DNA from: Psammoneis japonica
Lineage: Eukaryota
Direction: 5' to 3'
Length of the DNA: 64,000 nt
NCBI GenBank assembly: GCA_008632985.1
Contig: QPGO01000011.1
Span: 496,001 to 560,000 of the forward strand
Shown: positions 48,209 through 61,872 of the stretch, piece after piece
How the letters are laid out: every line of letters begins with the position of its first letter
Position numbering within the stretch: the first letter of the stretch is position 1
Position numbers and translations under genes: made by a program
Notes under the pieces: model-generated
Database searches by the model: none
What the model saw: only the letters and a program-made list of their open reading frames with translations
Told to the model about the DNA's origin: nothing

Positions 48209-51200
48209 CTACGGACTAGCGCCAGTTTCTTCCGCAGGTACATGCTCCTCCTCTTCTTCCTGGGCAGAAGACTCGTCCTCCGCGACGTCTTGAGTAATGG
48301 ACTTGCGCTTCTTTGATGCCGAGCCACTCTTTCTGGACACTCGCGAGGACGCCAGAGTCGTCACATCTCCCACCTTCTCCTCCTCGCTCATCAGGTTGGC
48401 AATGAAGTGCAAGGCGTCCTTCTTGCTCAAGTGGTGAATGTTGCTCACCTTGTTCTGGTGACTAATACCGTAGCAGCGATGGGCCACCGCGACAAGCTCC
48501 GGACGGAAAGTACTTACAATGAATTGGGTCGGATTCTCGGCGCTAGTGGCCTGACGTTCAATCAAGGAAGCGACCGCAGCGCGGTGCGTGGAATCCAAAG
48601 CTTGGTCCAATTCGTCAAACAAGTAGAACGGCGCGGGATCACAGCGTTGAATGGCAAAGATCAACGCCATGGCTACCAAGGCCTTTTGTCCACCCGACAA
48701 TTGCGACATGATGTAGTTCTCACCTACGGCAGAAAAGCGCACCTTGATACCGATTCCTCGATACATGCTTACACTGGGATGCTCCTTGTCACCACTCTCT
48801 TCCGAATCGTCGTCTTCCTTGTCTGAGTCGTCGTCGTCGCTGCCTTCCGCCTTGCTATCGTCAAGGGCCGTCTTCATGACCAGCTCACCCGCACCATGGG
48901 GAACAAGTTCCTGAAAGACATCCTTAAAGTGCGCGCTGACACCACGAAAGGTACGTTGAATGGCTTCATCCTTTTGACGATCCAAGGATTCCACCAACTC
49001 CTTGACAGACTCTGCACCCTTGTCGAGCTCTTCCTTGCGTTTCAAGAGGTTCTCACGCTGTTCAAAAAAGTTCACGTACTGGTCATATGCCTTTTTGTTG
49101 ACGTGCGGGTATTTCTTCAACTCCTTGTTGACGCGCACAAGCTGCCTCGTCAAGGCAGAAATGGAAAGGTCGGTGTAGTTGGCAAGCTCCGACGTAGGAG
49201 GCAACGATCCCAAATCTTGAATCTTGCGCACATAGTCCTCGCGTTTGGCGACACAAATAGATCTCTGCAAAAAAGATAACAACCAAATGCGTAGCACTAA
49301 TGAGTTTCGATTCCACGACAAATACTCTGATACAAGCAACTATACCATCTCACCTTGTTCAAAAGCCGTTCTCCATCTTCTTGCGATTCCTCCAAGGCGC
49401 GCTGGTTCTTGAGATCCTTGGATTTCAATTGTTCAAATTCGTTTTGGCCTGCAGGAGTTCCGAGTGTAGCTCCTCGTTTTCCTTTCGCGACTCGACCAGC
49501 TTGGCCTCGACGTCTTGAGTAATACGACGAGCATCGTCCAACTCCAACTGCCGTTGCTTGAGAGTCTCTTGATCCTGCGGACTGGCATCGTCGCCGCTCC
49601 GAGCGGCAGCCTTGGTTTGCTTGAGTAATTCGTCACGCTTCTTGTACAGATTGTCTTCCAGCAAACTCGTCAATCCCTGACGCTCCACACCGAGCTCATC
49701 AACAACCTCCCCCTGTTGTTGTAGCTTCTTGGAAAGCTCCTGCTGCAAGGCCTTGAGCTCTTGGAGCGTCGCACGCTCCTCATCCGACAAGGTGGCGGTC
49801 AGTTCGGTTTTCATTTCTTCTTGCAACCGCTCCACGTGCTTGTCCAAACTATCCACGTCGCGTTCCAACGCCGGGATATCCGTTTTTCGCACTTGTCCGC
49901 TAGAGTGGTGCGCGAGGCAATGTCATGCTGAAGCGTTTCAGCCTTGCGTTCCAAATCGGCCAAAATGTGCTTGAGATCGGCTTGTTTGGCTTCCAACCGC
50001 TGTAACTCGCTCATGAGATTGGTGGCGGTTTGATCAATCTCTTGCGCCTTGCTCTTGGCGGCCTGACACTCCTTTTCCGTTTGCTGGAGAGACGTCTTGG
50101 CCTGAACATGAGCGAGGTGTGCGCGAAAGCGGCTCTTTTGGACATCGACATAGCCGCCCGTCAAGGCTCCCTTGCGGCTGCACAAGTCACCGTCCAAGGT
50201 AATGGCATCCATTTTGCACCGCGTGCTCCAGGTTGAAGCGACATCGACGCTGCGAGCCAAGAGTTTCTTGGCAAAGACATGCCGCATGGCCGCGTCGACT
50301 TGAGGGTCGTAGCGAATACACGTTTCGAGCAGAGACGTAACATCGGGACTGTCGGGAAGGTTGACGGGATCCGTAACGAGCCGATTCAGTGGCAAAAAGG
50401 TGACGCGGCCGAGCTTTTCCCGTTCGAGCCGCTTCATAAGCGTCGCTGCCGTGGCGTCCGTATCGACAATGACATGAAAGAGCGAATTCTGCGCCGCCAC
50501 TTCAACGGCCGTCTGGTACTTTTCATGGACAAGCTGCATATTTTCCAATATAGTTCCAAAATAGTGCCGTCCGCGTTGAATCGAGGCTTCTTGGGGCAAG
50601 ACCTTGTGTTCGAGCGCATCCAAACCAAGAGACGTGGCGCGTGGCATGGCCTTGCGCAAATCGCCCAGCGTCTTGCGTACCGCTTCGCGTCCCTCCTGAA
50701 CCTGTTCTTGCCATTCTTCCGACTTGCGCCACTCGTCGCGGCGTTCTTCGTGGAGTTCCAACCGGCGCTTTTTCTTCTCGTCACACGACTTGATCAAGGA
50801 TTGCATGAGGGCCGTCTTTTGCGTAATCTCTTGCTGCGTCAACTTTTCGAGCGTCTTGCTATCCGCCTCTGTCTTGCGTTGGAGCGAGCCGAGCTTGTCT
50901 TGAAGCTTGTCCATTTGGGATACCTTTTCCGACTTTGCCGTTTCCAGCTCTTGTACATGGGACTGTAGGTATTCGTCACGTGCCTCGCGTGTTGAAAACT
51001 GTTTGGTTCGTCCCTGCTTGGCGTAGAGACTCTCCACCTTGTTTTTGGCCTCGTCCCGTTCCGTCGTGTGTTGCGTCAATAGCTCCACGGCCGCATCGTA
51101 CTTGGGAGAAATGTCCTTTTCGAGCTTGTCTTGAGCCTTGGCAATTTCGCGTTCCACTTTTTCCAGAGCCTTTTTGGATTGTTTCTGAATTTCCGTATTG

Positions 51201-52264
51201 GTAGTAAGACTCTCTTGCAGTTCCTTACACGTCAATGAGAGCTGTGTTTCCGTCGTGACGGCGTGCGTCTTGTCTTGCTCAAGCTGTTCCATGAGAATAC
51301 GATTCCGCCGCAAGGCATTGGCCTTTGACTTTTGGAGAGCTTCACAATTGCGAATGTCATTGTGAGTCTCCTTGGCTTGTTCGTGCAGCTGCGCCAGCGC
51401 TTCGGACCCTTCTGCTCGCAAATGCTCAATGGTATCCAGCTCTTGTCTCGCCCGACGCAATTCCAAATCGTACAAGGTGTACTCCATGGCGCGTCGATCC
51501 CGATCGAGTTGCTGGTACTGCGTCAGCTCTTCTTTTGTCCAGACAGTTCGTTGAGCTTTTCTTCAATACTCTCCAGCATTTCTGCAATTTTCTCAATCGA
51601 GCGCGTGTTTTCTTGCATTTTCGCCAAGACTCTGTCTTTTTCTCGTCGTAGACAGTCGTTCCCGCCACTTGCTTGAGCAGAGCGAGGCGTTCGCCGTCGC
51701 TCATGGTACAGAGCGCGTGTACTTTGCCCTGTTGTACAATAAAGTATGGATTCGACTTGGAAAACCCAGCGCCCTCCAACAGACTCATGATTTCATTCTT
51801 GTTGGCACGCTTGCGTTGTAGAAAGAATTCATCCTTCTTATGTCCCACGGTACGTCGTAGCACAACTTCATCGGAGTTCTCGAGAGCAAAGCGATGATCA
51901 GAATTGTCGAAGACAATCTCCACAAAGGCATTCACAGCGGCGCTGCCCGAGCCTTCGTGGAGGAGAGCCTGACGTTCTTCCTGTAATTGATAGAAGAGCA
52001 AACAGTGTCATCAGTATATAGCTATAATCATACCGGTACACCCCATCCATACAGCCATAAAATTACATCATAATACGCTTCTCCTTACCTGCCGCAGAGT
52101 ATAAAACCGTGGACTTAGCAGCACAAACTGTACAGCGTCAAAGAGATTCGACTTGCCCGAACCGTTGCGTCCTACGACAGCATTGAGACCTTGATGAAAG
52201 GCTGTACTTCTCCTTGTCGCCGAAACGAACGAAAGTTCGATATCGTGATTTGTTTAATATGCAT
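48209..52264 (-). CDS. SMC3: Cohesin subunit SMC3 (multi-exon; apparent frameshifts)
   Basis: MHIKQITISNFRSF, VVGRNGSGKSN, GFSKSNPYFIVQQG, hinge GRVTFLPLN..GALTGGY, QLSGGQK, CDPAPFYLFDELDQALD. Confidence 0.95.
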
Positions 52265-52795
52265 GGTTGTTGTTTTGTTGTTGACGGCAACAGTAGTTCT
52301 GGGTGTTTGTTGTTGTTGTTGTTGCTGTTCACGACGCTCCCGCGCCAAAAATGCGAAAAGTGCTGGCGGCGGCAGGTCAGTAGGGTAGTACCAAAGGTGT
52401 ACATACACATATCTTGGGTAGAACTCAAATACATAGTCTGTCTGTCATCCAGTAAAAAGTATTCATCGTACAAAACTACTACAACCAACGCATGTACAAT
52501 TCAACGTCGATTCCCTACGAGGAATTTGAACGAGAATCCGGCCAATGAGAACGTGCCGCACGCACGCATGACACGCGCGTTGATTGATTGGATCGCATCA
52601 GGCATCACCAGCACGAGCCAACGAATCAATCACGAAGCCTTTTCTCTCTTCCCATCAACACGACGACAAGTGGAAAAGACCTTGACAATACAACTCACGA
52701 CTCTCTGTGACACGCTATTGATTGGCATATTGACACTCACTGACACTTTTTAATCGATTGAAAGAAAAGAAATTGCGTTTTGATACATTACAAAC

Positions 52796-55700
52796 ATGAC
52801 GACAACCATGTCTCGACTGCTCTTGTCGGCGAGAAGCTACAACCAGAGATTCCGCTCATGATGAGTAAGCGAACCATGGTGTGGTCGTCATGGTCGGACT
52901 TGAGGAGTGGTGGCGGAACCATTCCGGGCCATGCCGAGAAGCGTCCTTGGCAAGCGGAACAGAATTTAGACATTCAGCGTGTCACACAAACCGCAATTGT
53001 ACGTGTATACTGATTGTATTGAGAATCTGAGAATTGTTTCGTAAAGACTCATAATACGTGTGACACTCTGCGTGTCATTGTTTTTTATTTCTTTCTAGAT
53101 TCACGAGCTGACTCGACAGCAGGCTCGTACTATTGAACACATTGTTCCATGGTTCCTTCAAACCATGCCGGTAAGTCGTATGAGATTGTAGTTTCGTGTT
53201 TCGTAATATCTCCTGAATCAAACCTGAAACCGGCATGTTTTTCAATTCTCACATATAACTTTTATCAATTCTTCTAGGCTTCGTATTTTCGACAAGTTCC
53301 AGAAAGCTTTCGGACCGATCATATCAAGGCGATTGCGGCAGTGACAGATGCCAATATGGATAGTAAGTGCTAGCGTACTAAGTAAGCAGAAACAAGCTCC
53401 CGGTACCGTAGCGTCTCACACATCACTCTCCAAATTTGTTACTACACAGTGCACTTGAATCTCAAGACACACTTGGCTGATGGCCGTCAAGTCTGACCTT
53501 TATTCGACCAGGAACCAAGCCGGGTGTCTTGCTGGACATGGTGAAGGAACTGCCCTTCAACCATCACACCACGGAATACCTTCCGCTGTCTCGGGTGGCT
53601 GTCTTTTCGGCTCTGGACGCGTCGCTAAGTCTCAATCTCTTTGTCTATGGCGAAGAACAATCGTCGGAAAACTTTAATCCCGGAGTGGCGGGATCAAGAA
53701 TTCTGGAATACGCCAAGCAACTACAAGCTGGAGAATTTGCCGAAGAAGAGGGACACGCCGAACCCAGTCCTCTCTTTGAACGAGAAGCGCTGCTGGAGTA
53801 TTTTGAAAAGTGCAGCGAAACCTTCTTGCTGCACTCGGATCCGAGACGATTTCTCAAAATGATGCTCTTGTTTCGGACCGTGTCGGGGACCGAGGGAACG
53901 GCTGTTGGATTTGATGTGAGTTTCGTTTTCTGTGTGATTGCGTGTGATTGTACTGATTGATGTAATCACTGTACTCACTCGTTATCCTTTCTGATATCTA
54001 TTGTTACACAACAGCATAGCCACGACGGTCAGGTGTGGGTCGACGTGGCGGTAGCCAACTCGCTTCCTCATGTCGCTCTCATTGAAACCGCACAACTCTT
54101 GTACTTGCAAAAGTTTGACGTTGAACGCGTCCACTTGGATGTCGTGTCAGACGGCGACAATGGACACGTGACCTTGCTGCGCATGCTGGTCAAACCGGTC
54201 CCGTCCCTCGCTGAAGACGACGGGTTGCCCAGTGACAAGGAGAGGCTGCGCATCATTATGCAAGAATTGAAGCGATCCAAATGGTTGGATGCGTCCACGT
54301 CGTCGCTCATTTTTGATCGATACCAGTGGTTGGGAATCAAACGAGGAGAAATCATTACGGCCTTTTGCAGTCTCATGCATCCCATCATGGCCAAACGGAA
54401 TCCGCTCGTCTTTTCCAAGGCCAACATTTTCGACAATGTCACGCAAGAACGTTACATTCCTCTGGCTGCCGCCATTGCCGACTTGTTTTTGGATCGATTC
54501 AATCCAAAGAATCCCTTGTCGGATGAGGAGCTCAACAAGCGTGCGAGTGAATTGTGGGAGAAAATTGAGAGCGACACGGAAGATACCATTGTCGCAGAGT
54601 TGCTGGAGAAAATGATTGAGATTGTCAAGCACACGCTCAAAACCAACATTTACATGAATGACCGCTACGCCTTGGGTTTACGGCTGGAGCCAAAGATTAT
54701 GGAATCCGAGAGTCCCGGAGAGCGCGAGTTGCCGTACGGTATCTTGTTTGCGCATGGGCGTCGCTTGAATGCCTATCATGTACGGTTCCGAGACATTGCT
54801 CGAGGTGGCATGCGACTCGTCACGCCACAAACCCCTGAACAGTACGCCTTGGAATCAGCGCACTTGTACGATGAGTGCTATGGTCTCGCCTTTGCCCAGC
54901 AGCTCAAAAACAAGGATATACCCGAGGGTGGGTCCAAGGCGGTAAATCTCATTGACGCGTGTGATTTGTCCGCCATGGGCAAGAACTTTGTCATGCGCAA
55001 GAGTGTCAAGGTACGGTTGTTGTCTCCATGTGTAGATATATCATGTTGCCTCTTGATGTGCATGAACGCGCACTGATTGTCGCTGATTCTTTATCACTAT
55101 GCCATCCGCAGGCTTTCGCAGATACGATTTTGGACCTTGTTGTGGATACGCCCGAGACCCGGGAGAATATTGTAGATTTTGTTGGGAAGAAGGAGGTGCT
55201 CTACTTGGGACCAGATGAACAGGTAAGCATCACTACGTAGTCTTGTTGCGAGACACGGGACACAACTGACTTTTGAGCAATTCTCTCGCATATCTATTCA
55301 ATATAGGTTATTCCAGAAGATATTGAATGGATCATTGAACGTGCCAAGAAACGAGGATACGATACACCGGCTGCTTTCATGTCTTCCAAGCCTCGTTCTG
55401 GTATCAACCATAAAGAATACGGTGTCACGTCAGAAGGTAAGAGTGAACGTTCTGAGCTTGTGCTGTGGATTTTGTGCTTGCAAATGCTCACTGTCAAACC
55501 TTTCGTTTTGTCGCCAGGCGTCAACGTCTACTTGGATGTTGCTCTCCGAAATGCGCTTGGCATCGATCCAAACAACGAGCCGTTCACCATAAAGATGACT
55601 GGTGGTCCTGACGGCGACGTCGCAGGAAACGAGATTCAGATTTTGATTCGAGAGTACGGAGACAATGTCAAAATTGTCGGAATTGCGGACCACTCTGGGT

Positions 55701-56847
55701 GTGCTGAGGATCCAGAAGGACTAGATCATAGTGAGTTGCTCCGTCTCGTCAAGGACGGTTTGTGTATCTCGAACTTCAACCCCGCCCAGCTTGGAAAAGA
55801 GGGCATTGTTCACCACGCAGATACAGAAGAAGGCTTCAAAGCACGAAACAGCATGCACAACAGAATCGAGGCCGACGCGTTTGTTCCGGCAGGCGGACGC
55901 CCAAACACCATCGACGTTCACAACTACAAGAGCTTTTTGAAAGAGGACGGTAAAACTCCGTCTTCTCCACTCATTGTGGAGGGTGCTAACCTTTTTGTTA
56001 CAGCAGAAGCACGGCAGCTTTTGTATGACGAAGGCGGCGTTTTGATTGTCAAGGACAGTTCAGCTAACAAATGCGGAGTGATTACTTCCTCTTACGAAAT
56101 CTGTGCCGCGATGATGCTATCTGAGGATGAATTCTTTGAGAACAAGGAACAGATCGTTGACGAGGTGTTGACCAAACTAAGGCAAGCCGCGAAAACGGAG
56201 GCGGAACTCCTCTTTCGTGAGTTTGGGAACTATCCAGGTAAGCTCTCCTTTTTGAGGGGGGTGGGCACAAAAATTGTGAGCTTTGTGTAGCAAGCTCATA
56301 ACGTGTACTTGTTCGTCTTGAAGGCTCTCTCCCGCATATCAGTCAGGTGATTAGCAATAGCATCAATGCAGCAACAGATGCCTTGACTTCTGCAATGGAT
56401 TCGTTGTCAGAAGATGATCGGAAGGATTTGCTTCCACTTTTTCGGTAAGTCAAAAGCTGCACTCTTCTGATTCTTTTTGCACCTTCTGTAGTATGCCTAA
56501 TTGATTGATTGCCTCGTGACTCTGTAAACCGCAGTGCTCATTTACCCAAAACAATTGCGGACCTAGCATTCGATCGCATCCACGAGCAAGTTCCAGAGCA
56601 GTACGTCAAGAACGCCATCGCGTCGTGTCTTGCGTCCAAAATGGTGTACAAGGAAGGAACGAAGTTCATCGAGTCACAGCCAAAGGACAAGCTTGCCGAG
56701 AACGCGTTGCTTTATCTGGAGAAGGAGAAGGAAATCGCCAAGCTAACGGAAAGCCTTTCCAGTGTCGATATGGCAGAAGACGAGAAGGAGAAGATCATTA
56801 GGCTTCTCGATGCTGGCGGTGCCAGGACATCGTTGAATATCTTTTGA
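52796..56847 (+). CDS. GDH2: Large NAD-dependent glutamate dehydrogenase (GDH2-type), multi-exon
   Basis: HVRFRDIARGGMR, QQLKNKDIPEGGSK, LYLGPDE, INHKEYGVTSEGV, GGPDGDVAGN, IVEGANLF, KDSSANKCGVITSS. 5' end approximate. Confidence 0.92.
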
Positions 56848-57583
56848 CGACAAAAGTGTAGTGTCGCTGTCTCGTGTTAGACATACATTTCAATAGAATA
56901 CAGTACTTTGTCGACGCCGAAAGTAATCATACTATGCAACAGGTGCATACTTCACATTGTTTAGAGACCTGCATCACACTTTTTTCTATTTTGTGCCGAC
57001 TGCAGCATGCTGATGTAATGAAGGTACAACACCGCCGATAGTACTACTAATTAAATATTATGTATGTTATTACTATATAAATCAAAAGTGTCAATTTTTC
57101 TTCTGTATGTAAAGGTTGTCTTTCGGACGACTATCATTTAACAATCACGACGTGAGCTGTTTTCGAACGAAAAAAGATCCGTTACAATCGTTAATTCGAA
57201 ACAATTTGTAGGACATGAAAGGGCATAGAGTATTTTGTTAAGCCCCATTCAAATGACTTCGGTGCCGGGAGCCACGTAGTACCGTAGTGGGAATGGAAGA
57301 CAATGGTCATCCTTCGTTTTCCTTAATCGAAATATTTTTAATTATGACTGAATTGCTGTACACGGGATAGGGCCAACGGAAGAACACCAAAATGTGCCCG
57401 GTCATTCGTTGTGTCATATAAAAATCTTAGCAATGAGGAATATAAAAAAGAGGGGTGATCGTAATGCCGATTTTCTTTCGAATGCCGGACTTCGAAACAA
57501 CATTCAAACAACTCACAATCTCATCGCTGAAAGTCGGCGGAGAGTTTCATAATTCGCCGTACATACCGAAGATAACCTAAACC

Positions 57584-58159
57584 ATGGCTACAGGACCCTT
57601 GCTTCCTCTCTCTATCCCTTGTCCTGTGGATTATTCTGCTGGAAAGGCATTGATTGAAAAGCAACGCTCAATGACTCAATTCGTAATCACGGATCTTAGC
57701 GACCCCAACGGTATTGTGAGTATCCACGAAGCAACAAAGCACGCGCACCTCGATGACGCTCCATCGGTATGCAGCACAGTTTCTTCCTATTCATCATCAG
57801 GATATGACGAAGAGGCGCCACCACCAGCGAGACCAAGGGTTTCGTTCTCTGATGAACTGATTTCTGATGTGTGGGAACGACCTAGAACTTTGGAAGAAGA
57901 CCGCGAACTCTTATTTTACCAACACGATGATTATCAAGCTTTTCGAAAAGCCTATCGCTCTTTCCTGCTGAAGGCTGCACAAGCAAAACAACAAGAGCTA
58001 GCAGAAAAGCGACGAAACGAACGATTCGAATGCGTCAAGAGTTGGATTGGATGGGCGTCGGACCTGATAATAAACGAAGGGATGAACATGTCCAAGATAT
58101 TATCAGAGCCTGTGCAAACGCCTACAACCGACGTACTGGTTGATTCCATGTTTCTCTAA
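57584..58159 (+). CDS. Hypothetical protein
   Basis: 191-aa ATG ORF with RVSFSD..V.ERP..LFY..DYQAFR. Confidence 0.65.
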   Translation: MATGPLLPLSIPCPVDYSAGKALIEKQRSMTQFVITDLSDPNGIVSIHEATKHAHLDDAPSVCSTVSSYSSSGYDEEAPPPARPRVSFSDELISDVWERPRTLEEDRELLFYQHDDYQAFRKAYRSFLLKAAQAKQQELAEKRRNERFECVKSWIGWASDLIINEGMNMSKILSEPVQTPTTDVLVDSMFL

Positions 58160-58372
58160 AGCGTGAAACGCATGCCGCTTCATGAGGCAAAACGATTTTT
58201 GACTAATGCTGCTGCTCCCGCCGCATTCTTCTAACACAGATTTAATAGACTAAAAGCGTTTGACAAACTCATTTTTACTACTTGTCTCGTCACTTTTTTC
58301 TTTGATCTGCGGTCTGTTGTCCTGTTGTACTGGACAGGTTATAACGCCATGGTACCGTTTGCTCTGAGCTTT

Positions 58373-59320
58373 TCATTCAAGCAGTGAAATGTCATCTCCA
58401 ACTTTGATTGTGCCGGGCTGTGATATCACTGCATACACTCCCAAGTACGGACCTTTGTCGGGAAAGTGTTTTGTCAAAAGCTTTGGAATATCCAAAACTG
58501 AGTTTTGATCCAGCGGGTCCACACTAACGCCATCACATCGCACGGTTCTTGAAATAACATCAAGCTCGAGAGATCCACATTTCACTTTTTTCCCAATCCA
58601 GTCAAACTCTGACCAAGCATCAGGCCCATCTATTACAATGTTTGGACGAGTTCGAGTAGGATTCAATTTTTCCCCGATCGCTTGGGACACATCCGCGACT
58701 GTGTTGGCGTTGATAAGGTGGACCGTGCGGGTGTCGCCTCGGGCCTTGACTCCACTTGATGTGTTGCCGAATTGATGGCTGTGGCTTTCAGCATTCAGCG
58801 AGACGCAGACTAGATCCTTTCCTGATTCTTGGGAAAAGAATGACGCCAGTTCTTCTCGTCCACTGGTTTTGCAGAGATCAATTGGGCCCAACAGCATATC
58901 TTGCGATGTCCGATCTCGAATCGTCAAGAACCGCTTTGTCTCGTCAGAGGCGCCGAATAAATCTTCATCGCATGGTTGCGCAAAAGACAGCTCCGTTGTC
59001 ACGTCAGGCGTGTGACCCAGTAACTGATAGGATGTCTGGTACTTTGCCAATAACTGTGGAGCTGTAAAGGCGCATAAAAAGTTTTCCTTGTGCAGCCACT
59101 CGGGCGAAGCTTGATCAAACGTTTTCTTGTCCTTCATCAATAACGCGAATCTACGGTCGTCTGGAAACGTCTCTCCTTGTCTTGTAATCGATACTTTGTT
59201 CAGAGAATCACCACTTAAACCCTTGACGGCATGACGATAGAGACCTGTAACAGTGCCAACATTGTCTTCTTGGTTGGAAGCTGCCAGGAGCGTCGTGACA
59301 AGTCGTGTCAGTAGCATCAT
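58373..59320 (-). CDS. MOSC domain protein (mARC/YcbX-like)
   Basis: VTGLYRHAVKGL, DRRFAL, RPNIVIDG..WSEFDW, TVRC, GVYA..PGTIKVGD. Confidence 0.88.
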   Translation of the reverse strand: MMLLTRLVTTLLAASNQEDNVGTVTGLYRHAVKGLSGDSLNKVSITRQGETFPDDRRFALLMKDKKTFDQASPEWLHKENFLCAFTAPQLLAKYQTSYQLLGHTPDVTTELSFAQPCDEDLFGASDETKRFLTIRDRTSQDMLLGPIDLCKTSGREELASFFSQESGKDLVCVSLNAESHSHQFGNTSSGVKARGDTRTVHLINANTVADVSQAIGEKLNPTRTRPNIVIDGPDAWSEFDWIGKKVKCGSLELDVISRTVRCDGVSVDPLDQNSVLDIPKLLTKHFPDKGPYLGVYAVISQPGTIKVGDDISLLE

Positions 59321-59775
59321 ATTAGCAGGCCGCCAAGAACATTGCGCAATCAGTCAGACTCAATACAACCGTACCACTGATGCTGGTGAAAAACTGTACA
59401 GCAGATATAGGCGACTGCTTTCGTGTTTTGTTTATGTACAAGGTTAACTTCTTGTTTGGCAAGAAACCCGTTGTGTTGATGTTGTGAGTTGTGATGTGTT
59501 GATGGCAGCTTGCTACCGTCCGTCGTCCGCGGTTTCGTCAATCGGCATTGGTTTCACCGCACACCAGAACGCACGCATTTCAAAGTTTAGAGTTGTAAGC
59601 CAATGCGCTATGCTACTGTATGGTATATGGTAATGATTTGGCATGACACACTCTCTATCTTATTCGAAGCTTGACGCTCAAGCGAATTCAACTCGGGCAA
59701 CCTGGTACTAAACTCAAGGGACGCACATCAACTTTGTCTCTAATGTCAATCTTGCATGGAATCATTTTGCGGGGA

Positions 59776-60840
59776 TCAAGGAATACAAACAACCTTTCCG
59801 ACGCATTGACAGTTTCGGATTCGATCAAGTCCCTTTTGGAAGTCTTTGAGAGGCATTTGAGAATCCACAATCGTCGTGACCTTACCGGCTGCAACGTGGT
59901 CCACCGCCTCTTTCAGATCCTCCAGAGTGGCGCCAACACTTCCAATGACTGACTGTTCATTGACAATCAGTGGCATGGGATGACACACAAAATTGTGGTC
60001 ATCACCAGCAGTGTACCCAATCAGGACCAGCCTACCGCGACGTCCAAGTGCCCCTGTCCAACCAACACTGGCATCCATGGTTTCACGCCGCCCCACGCAT
60101 TCAAACACAACGTCAACTCCCTCTGGAACCACGACATCTAGTACTGTCGAAGCAACCTTGGATGCGTCCGTGGCATCCACGACGGCTTCTGCTCCAAGCT
60201 CGAGCGCCTTGTTGCGCTTCTCCTCGGATCTCGTGACACAGATAACCTTGGCGCCGTATACGTTCTTCAACAATTGCAACAATCCAAATCCTACACCATT
60301 GACTCCATAAATTAAGCACCATTCTCCCTTCTTGACACGCGCCAGCTTGGCAGCATGCACGGCCGTTTTAACACCGCACCCAATTGGAGCCGCGCAAATG
60401 TCCGAAATTGTGTCGGGCAGCGGAACGGCATTATCAGCCGGAATCACCATATATCCGCCCAGTGCTCCGTCCGAGATGAATCCGTATTCGGCGCAAAGAG
60501 CGACACACAAGTTTGTGTCTCCCGACTTGCACCAACGACAGTCGCCACAGCCGTGATAATAGTAGCAAATCACACGTTGTCCGACTCGGGTCTGCGACAC
60601 GTCTGAGCCCACTTTTGCAATAACGCCCACGCCCTCGTGACCCAACGTCATGGGAGACACTCCTAGATTGAGTGTGCCGTCGCAAAAGTGAAGCTCCGTA
60701 TGACAGAGCGCCGCGGCCGTGACTTTGATCAGAACGTGATCCGAGGGAACTTCAGTGGGAGTAGCGATTTCATCAAACGTGAGTGGCTTGTTTGGGCCGT
60801 GGTATCGAACGGCATGCATAGTTTCGGATGGACAAGACAT
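59776..60840 (-). CDS. Zinc-dependent alcohol dehydrogenase (MDR family)
   Basis: LCHTE, LGHEGVG, CGDCRWC..NLC, APIGCG, DVVFECVG. Confidence 0.92.
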   Translation of the reverse strand: MSCPSETMHAVRYHGPNKPLTFDEIATPTEVPSDHVLIKVTAAALCHTELHFCDGTLNLGVSPMTLGHEGVGVIAKVGSDVSQTRVGQRVICYYYHGCGDCRWCKSGDTNLCVALCAEYGFISDGALGGYMVIPADNAVPLPDTISDICAAPIGCGVKTAVHAAKLARVKKGEWCLIYGVNGVGFGLLQLLKNVYGAKVICVTRSEEKRNKALELGAEAVVDATDASKVASTVLDVVVPEGVDVVFECVGRRETMDASVGWTGALGRRGRLVLIGYTAGDDHNFVCHPMPLIVNEQSVIGSVGATLEDLKEAVDHVAAGKVTTIVDSQMPLKDFQKGLDRIRNCQCVGKVVCIP

Positions 60841-61054
60841 GCTGTAGTGTATGCTACTGCGTTTCAACGACTCACTGGCTCTCCATCGGCAACAATGGAT
60901 GCGTTGCTATCATGGTGGGGTGCCGTTTCTCTGTTCGTCTTGACGGTGTGAGTCAGTTGAGTCTATTAATACTGCGATTTGTGGTAGAATCTACGTGTGA
61001 CGTCATTCTCATTTTTTCGAAATTTTGGATCTTTCGTCGTCGCTCGTCATCAAA

Positions 61055-61615
61055 ATGCACCAAAAATGGCCCACCAGACCATCCACCATGTCGTTGTTGC
61101 CAAACAAGAAGCGCTAAACGAAACTAGCGATATTAACGAAGGATCTTTTGGATCGCCACTTTTTGGTGTCGGGTGATTTAACCAGAAGTGTGATTTTGTG
61201 CCGTCGTTGCAAGAAAGGGTCTCTTGAGTTGTTTGTTTGTTTGATCCATTTGTTTGTTTGATCCATTCGATAACAATTATGCATTCTTTCTGGGTTATCT
61301 TTCTCTCTACTGACATATGACGAATCGGCGACATTTACGGATGAAATCGACACGTACGGTAGTGGATGAAAGGCACACAAAAGCCCTATGTCGCGGAAGG
61401 ATCGACGTTTGATCTTTGATCTTGTGGGGGGTGTATGTGTTAACAAGGAACGCGTCGAGTTGCGTTTCGCGGAAAATTTGATGTTTCCAATTCCCTTTCA
61501 TCCGGTCGTTTCATTGACGGGAAGATTGGTGTTGAAGCGGGACGAATCGACTGGACTCATTACATCGTACCGAGAATTCTGGGATCAAGATAAGATGTTG
61601 CTACTGTCCTCATAA
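61055..61615 (+). CDS. Possible small NTF2/SnoaL-like protein (partial or fragmented)
   Basis: C-terminal ORF ending LTGRLVLKRDESTGLITSYREFWD. Gene model unresolved. Confidence 0.3.
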
Positions 61616-61872
61616 GCGCCAAATTCGAGGAAGCCTCTAGACCGCATCATTTGTTGATTGCCCTTTCACTTATTGAGTTTCTACGGATGAGGTGGCTGTT
61701 GAACTCAACAATGAACTTTCTCTACTTTTAAAACCTATGTCTAATTTCTAAACTATAAAATAATATGCAGTAGCGCCCATTGACCCAACGTCTCTAAAAC
61801 AACTATGATACAGGCGCAGAGCAGGTCATATATTCGGTCCAACTCATTGGCTCCCTATTCTGACGAATTGTT

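Noticed and set aside
48209..52264. SMC3 frameshifts (~52195, ~51620, ~51535, ~49885) as pseudogenisation or programmed frameshifting
   Set aside because: The gene is essential and otherwise intact. The shift examined at ~52200 is a 1-bp loss in a short homopolymer, as is the kinase shift at ~15975, which is typical of long-read consensus error.
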